DNA of 64,000 nt, taken from the IMG/VR virus record IMGVR_UViG_3300034691_000044, positions 9,601-73,600 of that record. The stretch is one strand, 5' to 3'. The notes beneath the pieces were generated by a model, which saw only the letters and a program-made list of their open reading frames with translations, made no database searches and was not told the DNA's origin. Origin of the DNA: a virus (lineage: Duplodnaviria > Caudoviricetes). Within the stretch, counting starts at the first letter, position 1; each line of letters begins with the position of its first letter. This document shows positions 55,232 through 61,100 of the stretch, piece by piece. The position numbers were made by a program, and so were the translations under genes.

Positions 55232-55563
55232 AACTGACTCTCTCCCACGCTGACGTAACCCTGGCTCTGTGCGAATTCCTGGCCGCTCGTGGCATGACTG
55301 CGTTCGATCCGTCCAAGGTCACCGCTGACTTCGCCTTCAAGCGCGGTTCGAAAGAACTGCTGTGCGAACTGGACACCGAGCCGAAGGCACCGGTCGAAGT
55401 AGCACCTGTTGCAGCGAAAGCGGCAGCAGTTGCCAAAGAAGTCCCGGTTGAAACTGTGGCTGATGCCGTCGCCGATGCTGGCGTTGCTGTTGCCGCCGAA
55501 GAAGCCGGTGTTGCCGTAGCTGGCACCGAAGCCGTAGCTGGCGACGACAACCTGTTCGACTGA
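55228..55563 (+). CDS. N4 gp47-like protein
   Basis: Coupled; Ala/Val/Glu-rich tail ending NLFD. Confidence 0.7.
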   Translation: MKLTLSHADVTLALCEFLAARGMTAFDPSKVTADFAFKRGSKELLCELDTEPKAPVEVAPVAAKAAAVAKEVPVETVADAVADAGVAVAAEEAGVAVAGTEAVAGDDNLFD

Positions 55564-55565
55564 TC

Positions 55566-56036
55566 ATGACCCAGGCCGATGAACGCAGTAAAAAGCGTCA
55601 TTGGTTCCTGGCAGTCTGGTCGGTGCCTCAGCCGGGGGCGTATGTCCCCCTGAGTGCATTTGTCTGGTCGAAGTCCCGTGCTGTCACGATCCCCATTTTA
55701 AATGGCGCCCGTGAGAGCCGTAAGATTCCTGAAGGCTCGACCTTGATCAACGTGGCCTATGTTGGCTACATGACCGAGTTCGAGCTGACAGGCACTTCGC
55801 AGGCGCCAGTAGCGTCAGTCACCTCTGCCGCTTACAACCTTGGTTTAGAGCAAACCTTTACGGTGCCCGACCCAAGCCAGTTGGTGAATGCCTTCCCTGA
55901 AGACGACACCTTCAATCATCAAGAGTGGGCATTAGGCGCGGCCGTTGGCCGTGACATGCGTACCAAAATTGTCGCAGCGTCAACCCGGCCTCCGGGCAAT
56001 GACCTGCCAATCCAGGAAAATGATCATGTTCAGTAA
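55566..56036 (+). CDS. Hypothetical protein (N4 gp48-like)
   Basis: NVAYVGYMTEFE motif; synteny. Confidence 0.65.
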   Translation: MTQADERSKKRHWFLAVWSVPQPGAYVPLSAFVWSKSRAVTIPILNGARESRKIPEGSTLINVAYVGYMTEFELTGTSQAPVASVTSAAYNLGLEQTFTVPDPSQLVNAFPEDDTFNHQEWALGAAVGRDMRTKIVAASTRPPGNDLPIQENDHVQ

Positions 56037-56469
56037 ACTCGCTGGCAAGCTGTTCCGCGGCGCCAAGAAAGTCGAAAACCGCGACCTGATGGAAGCAATC
56101 GTCGGTGGTGGCCTGTTGGTCGCCGCAGCCGATGGCGAAATCGAGAAAGACGAGCTGAATAAGCTCGAAAAGCTGATTGCCGGTAACGAAAACCTCAAGC
56201 ACTTCGGCGCGGACATCGGTAAGACGATCCGTCGTTTCTCCGATCTGCTGGAAGGCGACTTCCTGGTCGGCCGCAGCAAGATCCTGCGCGAAATCCGCGA
56301 TATCGCCGGTAACGATGATCACGTCGAAGACGTGGTACTGAACGTTCTGGCAATCGCCAAGGCCGACGGTGAAGTCGAACCGGAAGAGCGCAAAGTGATC
56401 GAAGAGATCGCACGTGAGCTGGGCTACCGCCTCAGCGAAGAACACTTCGAAATCCGCAAGGGTGCCTAA
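56026..56469 (+). CDS. terB: TerB-family tellurite-resistance-like protein
   Basis: VENRDLMEAIVGG.LLVAAADGEIEKDE..IAKADGEVEPEE. Confidence 0.85.
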   Translation: MFSKLAGKLFRGAKKVENRDLMEAIVGGGLLVAAADGEIEKDELNKLEKLIAGNENLKHFGADIGKTIRRFSDLLEGDFLVGRSKILREIRDIAGNDDHVEDVVLNVLAIAKADGEVEPEERKVIEEIARELGYRLSEEHFEIRKGA

Positions 56470-56673
56470 GTGGCTCACCTGAAAGCTGCACTGATTGTGC
56501 TTGCCTTCTTCATTGTCGTGATCGGTATCGGTTGGGGCTTTGGATGGAGCAAGTGCAGTTGGTACGGCTACCAGACAGAGCGTGATGTGAAGTTCAGCGG
56601 TACTATCGGTTGCATGGTGAAAGCCAGCGGCGGATGGGTGCCTCGTACTGAGATTCGCACCACGCTCGACTGA
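56470..56673 (+). CDS. Small membrane protein
   Basis: N-terminal TM, Cys pair. Confidence 0.65.
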   Translation: MAHLKAALIVLAFFIVVIGIGWGFGWSKCSWYGYQTERDVKFSGTIGCMVKASGGWVPRTEIRTTLD

Positions 56674-56835
56674 GCAACACGGAGGGGACTGTGTCATTCG
56701 TACTCCGGGAATAAAAAGAACGAATAATGGTGTGATCGGTACTGAACACCAAAACCAACTGAAGTTGGCAAACAGTACGCCGTTTGTTACCGCGAAAACT
56801 GTTTGGAAAACAACGAGCCGGAATTTTGAAGTTTT

Positions 56836-56970
56836 GGTGCATGCACACAACTGCCGTCACTGATAAACATGGTAGCTCCATGAATTGACGTGACATCAGC
56901 AGGACTGGTTGTTTATGTGTGAATACTGGGTCGCTCCCGGTATCCAAGTTCGATTCTTGGGTGTACCGCC
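56836..56970 (+). ncRNA. tRNA-like RNA (~135 nt) with acceptor stem and T-arm but no D/anticodon arms
   Basis: GGTGCAT pairs with GTGTACC; CCAAG-TTCGATT-CTTGG T-arm; long internal helix. Confidence 0.65.
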
Positions 56971-57071
56971 GAATTGGGGCCGGTTTAGTCCGGATAAAAG
57001 CTAAGATCTTGCATCTACTGCGAGGCACCCGATCCTATCCTTGAGCCAGGATATAACGGCCCGTCTACACC

Positions 57072-57358
57072 AGAACGATTCTGGTTATGTCTGTTCGAAC
57101 ATAAAATCGTACCCAATATCGAGTTCAGAATCGGTATTGGAAAGCATCTGGGATGGACTACAGAAACGCCCGCACTTAGAGGGCAGATACGGAAACAATG
57201 CCCAGATGCTCTCCAATACTCATTCGTGAGTATGTTGTACCGAAATACTGTTTGTTGGTGATATAAGTCCACGCGCAGCGAGTGAGCTGCACTATGCGTC
57301 CCCTGGCTTTGCAGGCCCACAGTGGGGTTACCGATTCAAAGACATAAAGTATCGTTCT
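57072..57358 (+). ncRNA. Large structured RNA domain
   Basis: Nested long-range helices AGAACGAT/ATCGTTCT, TTATGTCT/AGACATAA, GAATCGGTA/TACCGATTC, AGCATCTGGG/CCCAGATGCT. Confidence 0.6.
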
Positions 57359-57479
57359 CCGAAGTCCGGTGCTTGCGAGCCCGTAACGCTCGCGTAATAA
57401 CCTATAACCTTGTGAGTTGGTAACTCACCCGAAACATCAACCGCCGTAAGCTGACTCTTCGGAGAGGTTTACACATGGA

Positions 57480-57562
57480 GGGTGTTTTGGTCGTGCAACT
57501 GCCACTCAGCGATGAGTGTTGCCATGGGAAGCTCGGCAGTTGCACTACCAATACACCCACCA
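57480..57562 (+). ncRNA. Rod-like RNA ending in ACCA
   Basis: GGGTGT/ACACCC, TTGGT/ACCAA, GTGCAACTGCC/GGCAGTTGCAC helices, GCGA tetraloop. Confidence 0.55.
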
Positions 57563-57578
57563 ACAGAAGGAACGCAGT

Positions 57579-57920
57579 ATGTGCCGAAAATGTAATGAAG
57601 CTCTGCTTGCAGCCGCAACCGCTGCCAATTTGCTAGCAGAGGCATCAGCAACCCTGTACAACATCAATCAGCAGGAAGCAGCCAATACCCTGGCTAATGC
57701 CGCAGCTGACCTGTTCAAACCGGCTGAAGAAACGCAGGCTCCAGGTGCCCCGGGCACGGCCAGCAAAAACGAAGGTTCGGTCGACCCTATGGCCGCGGCC
57801 CGTGCTGAAATCAACGCCCAGTTGCCAGAAGGTATGACTATCGGCGACGACGATTTGGTTTACCTGAACGGTAAGGCAATCGGCGAAGCTATGATCATCC
57901 GTCGCCCGACCAAGCATTGA
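57579..57920 (+). CDS. Hypothetical protein
   Basis: AAGGA RBS, 113 aa. Confidence 0.7.
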   Translation: MCRKCNEALLAAATAANLLAEASATLYNINQQEAANTLANAAADLFKPAEETQAPGAPGTASKNEGSVDPMAAARAEINAQLPEGMTIGDDDLVYLNGKAIGEAMIIRRPTKH

Positions 57921-58126
57921 TCCGGGGGATCAAGCGCCTTTTCTCAGTCTGTATCGGATTAGGTGCCTTGATCGCCTTTCTCACCACAGTTGTCGTGTTA
58001 GGCTACGCATTCAAGATCATTGCCTTTGTCCTGGCAGTGGTGTTGGTGCTTGCCTTCATACTCTTCCTGGTTTGGGCAGCGATCAAGGAATTCGTGATTG
58101 ACGCAATGAAAAAACCCCCTAAGTAA
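57917..58126 (+). CDS. Small membrane protein
   Basis: Two hydrophobic segments, coupled TTGA. Confidence 0.65.
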   Translation: MIRGIKRLFSVCIGLGALIAFLTTVVVLGYAFKIIAFVLAVVLVLAFILFLVWAAIKEFVIDAMKKPPK

Positions 58127-58137
58127 GGGGGTTTTTT
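58109..58137. terminator. Bidirectional terminator between middle genes and vRNAP
   Basis: AAAAAACCCCCT-AAGTA-AGGGGGTTTTTT. Confidence 0.9.
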
Positions 58138-58140
58138 GTT

Positions 58141-61100
58141 TTACAGCAACTTGATTGCTGGAAGCTCTTTAAGAGAGCCTAAGTAGCCAAGTGCCCCATC
58201 TTGCAGCGGGTTATTGCCAATCTTGTTGAGCCAGCTGGAATCCATGATGGAATCCAAGCCGGACCACATATGGCCAACTGCCGCCAACATCAGACCGCGT
58301 GCAGGCTTCTCACGCACAAGACGCATGATCACCTTCTGAATACGCAAGTAGTACTTGGTAAACATCACAATGCCCATATCGTTCAGATATTGCAGTGTAC
58401 GATGCGAAGGTAGGTCGTAGTTTACGAAACTGTCCTCAGCTTGGCGCAAAGCGTCAGCAGTACTCAGTGGATCTTTCGTGCGGGTAGTCAGGTGCTCAAA
58501 GAGCGCATAACGTGCCACCAAGTCAGACAACTGAGTTGTTTGGCTCAAGAATTTATACGTGGCGGTGTCATGGGTCATATAGACCTGCTTACCGACAGTA
58601 CGCATCCAAGCTGGAACCTTATCAGTGAACTTCTCTACCTTACGGGCCAAGTGAGCTTTGTAGGTGTAGCGGTCGTCGTCAACTTCAACGTCTTCCACGA
58701 TAGTAGGCATCAAGCCTGCATCCACCAACGGTTTGATCGGGTTACGTGCCAAACGATCCTGAATTTCCAGAATCTCTGCTTCAGCAGCAGTGTTATCAGC
58801 GAAGTACCCAATTTCTACAGCTTGTTGCAATTGCAGCAGGCGTTTCGAATCCTTACGGAAATCGAGAGCACCTTTGATCGCAATGGCGTGCGAAGCAGCA
58901 GCCTTGCGCAAAGGAACACCTTCCCAAGCCAGTAATGTCATGTTCGACGTGATGTTGCCCGCCAGAGTGAATATGTTCTTAACAACAAGAATGTCTTTCA
59001 TCTCTTTAACGAGGGTTTGCATGATGTCTTCAGCTTGACCTACGCGAAGCGCAGCTTTCTCGCCGTAGATCGCAGAAGTAGCAGCAACTAGCACCTTTTC
59101 AAACATGTTGCGGTCACCTGGCAATTCGTCAAACGAATTGGTCAGGCTGAACTTGCGATAACCAAAGATCAGGTCGAGTTGGTCAGCCGGCACATACATT
59201 GCGTCGTCTTTCCATACCTTACGGATCTCTTGCTTGGTGCTTTCTGGCAACAGGCGGTAGGACTCAGCCAAACCTTTATCTTTGCTGTCCGCAGACACAC
59301 GAATGTACGAAGAAGGACGCGAAGTGTAATCAGCGCGGTATTGATCATACATCGAGCGAACAACGTCAGTGTTCTGTTGAACAGTGGACACTTTGTCAGC
59401 AATTTGACCAGCCATGACTCCCAGCACTTGATCCATCGAATTATCGCGGTCCAAAAGGACATCGCGGTTTTGTTCGGTCATCATGTGACGGTAGTCAGCT
59501 ATTCGGCCGTCAGGCGCCAGGGTGGGGACCATGTGCCCAGCTTGTGCCTTGCGTGGGTCGTAAGACAATGGGCGGTGGAACAAATCAGCCACTGCCTGGG
59601 CCTTCTGCTGTGCAATCTGCTGACGTACAGCGGCAGAGGTCTGGTTGCCGGCCATCATGTTGACAGCTTCGGTGACCGGGCTAGAACCCTTGGCATTGTT
59701 GCCGGTGAAAGACATGGCACCAGTAAGCAGCGCAGTTTGACCGGCACTACGGCGAGTCATCAGTACGCGGCCTGTGGTTTTCAGACCTTTCACATTCGGG
59801 TCCATTTGCAGGGCAGTGCCCACGGTGTAGCCGGCGCGCTCGTGTGCAGCTACGTCGCTCTTGGCTACCAGCAAGACTTCGATCTTGTTGTCGTGGATCT
59901 CAGCCACATAGCCGGTCTGTTGCAGCGCTTCGGTGCCTTTGAACAAGTCAGCAGTTGCTTTGGCTTGGAGACCGGTGTGCAGCTTCAGCATGTAGTCCAC
60001 GCCGTTGCCGTCGGTGCGATTCATCTCAGTGCGCAGAACTTCACGAGCATTGCGCAGATCGACATCACCGCTGTAATCCAGGGCATATACACCCACGAGT
60101 TGCTCAAGCAGAGGAATGACAGCTGCATTGGCAGCGACTTTCTTCTTGGTGCCGAACATGGCCGCAATGTTGCCGGTCGACAGCATCAGGTTGGCCGAAG
60201 TCGAACCGCCCACCACCTTGTGGTGCGCCAAGTCTTTGGCCTGGCTGATCATGTACAGATAGTTCGGGGTCATCGCAGTTACCTGTGCTTCCAGGTCCGA
60301 ACGGTATGCAGCCATTGCAGAAGGGTCTTCCATGAGGTCGCGCAGACCATCTACACCACGAGCCGCGGCGATTGCCTGGGCGTTGGTCCGCAGGAACACA
60401 CGAGTCAGCGCATCACGTTGCACCTGGGTCAAATCTTGGCCCTGGTTTGCAAATGCTTCGTTTACCGATGCAGCAGTGGTCTCGATAACCGATTTGCGTT
60501 GTTGCTCGTTGGCCTTGGCACCTTTGAACAATTCAGCAGCCAAACGGCGAGAATCGTACACACCACGCCATTCGGTCAGCATGCCCATCACCACACCGTG
60601 TCGGCTCTTTTGGGACTGGTCACGCATCATTGTGATGGCGTTCAGTACGGCATCCAGCCGGTTACCGGCAGCAGTGGATACCGCAGCGCCGAGACCGGCA
60701 ACAAACGGGATCTTCGACTTGCGAATGAAACCGGCGCGGCCCAGTGCATCAGCTTTTTCCAGAATCGAGTCACCTACACCGGCCAGCGCAGTTTCGAGCT
60801 GGTCAAAGTGGTTCACCTTCTCCTGATCCATGCGTGCTTTACGCTTGGCCTCAATATCCACCAGCTGCTCTACCAGAGTGCTCAGTGCGACGTTACCAGA
60901 GGTGCCCGGGACGACTTTAGTTGCCAGGCGGGCAAAGACTGTCATTGCACGACGGAACAGCTCAGTCAGCTTGCTGGTGATCGGCAGACCCTTCAACGGG
61001 GTCTCGAAGTTGTTGGTCGAGAAACCAAGTGCATTACGGACTTCAGCCGAGGCCAGGCCCAGGGCTGCAAAGCGTGCCAGGTAATTGTTACGACCAGTTG

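Noticed and set aside
57359-57485. Scattered RNase P RNA-like words (AAGTCCGG, GTAACGC, AACCGCC, AGGGTG)
   Set aside because: No GAGGAAAGUCC or ACAGAA..GGCUUA P4 partner found; needs a covariance-model search before any claim
56976-57562. tmRNA (starts GGGGCCG)
   Set aside because: No matching 3' T-arm/acceptor end and no convincing tag ORF
56674-57578. Canonical tRNA genes
   Set aside because: No segment has D-arm, anticodon arm and T-arm with standard spacing
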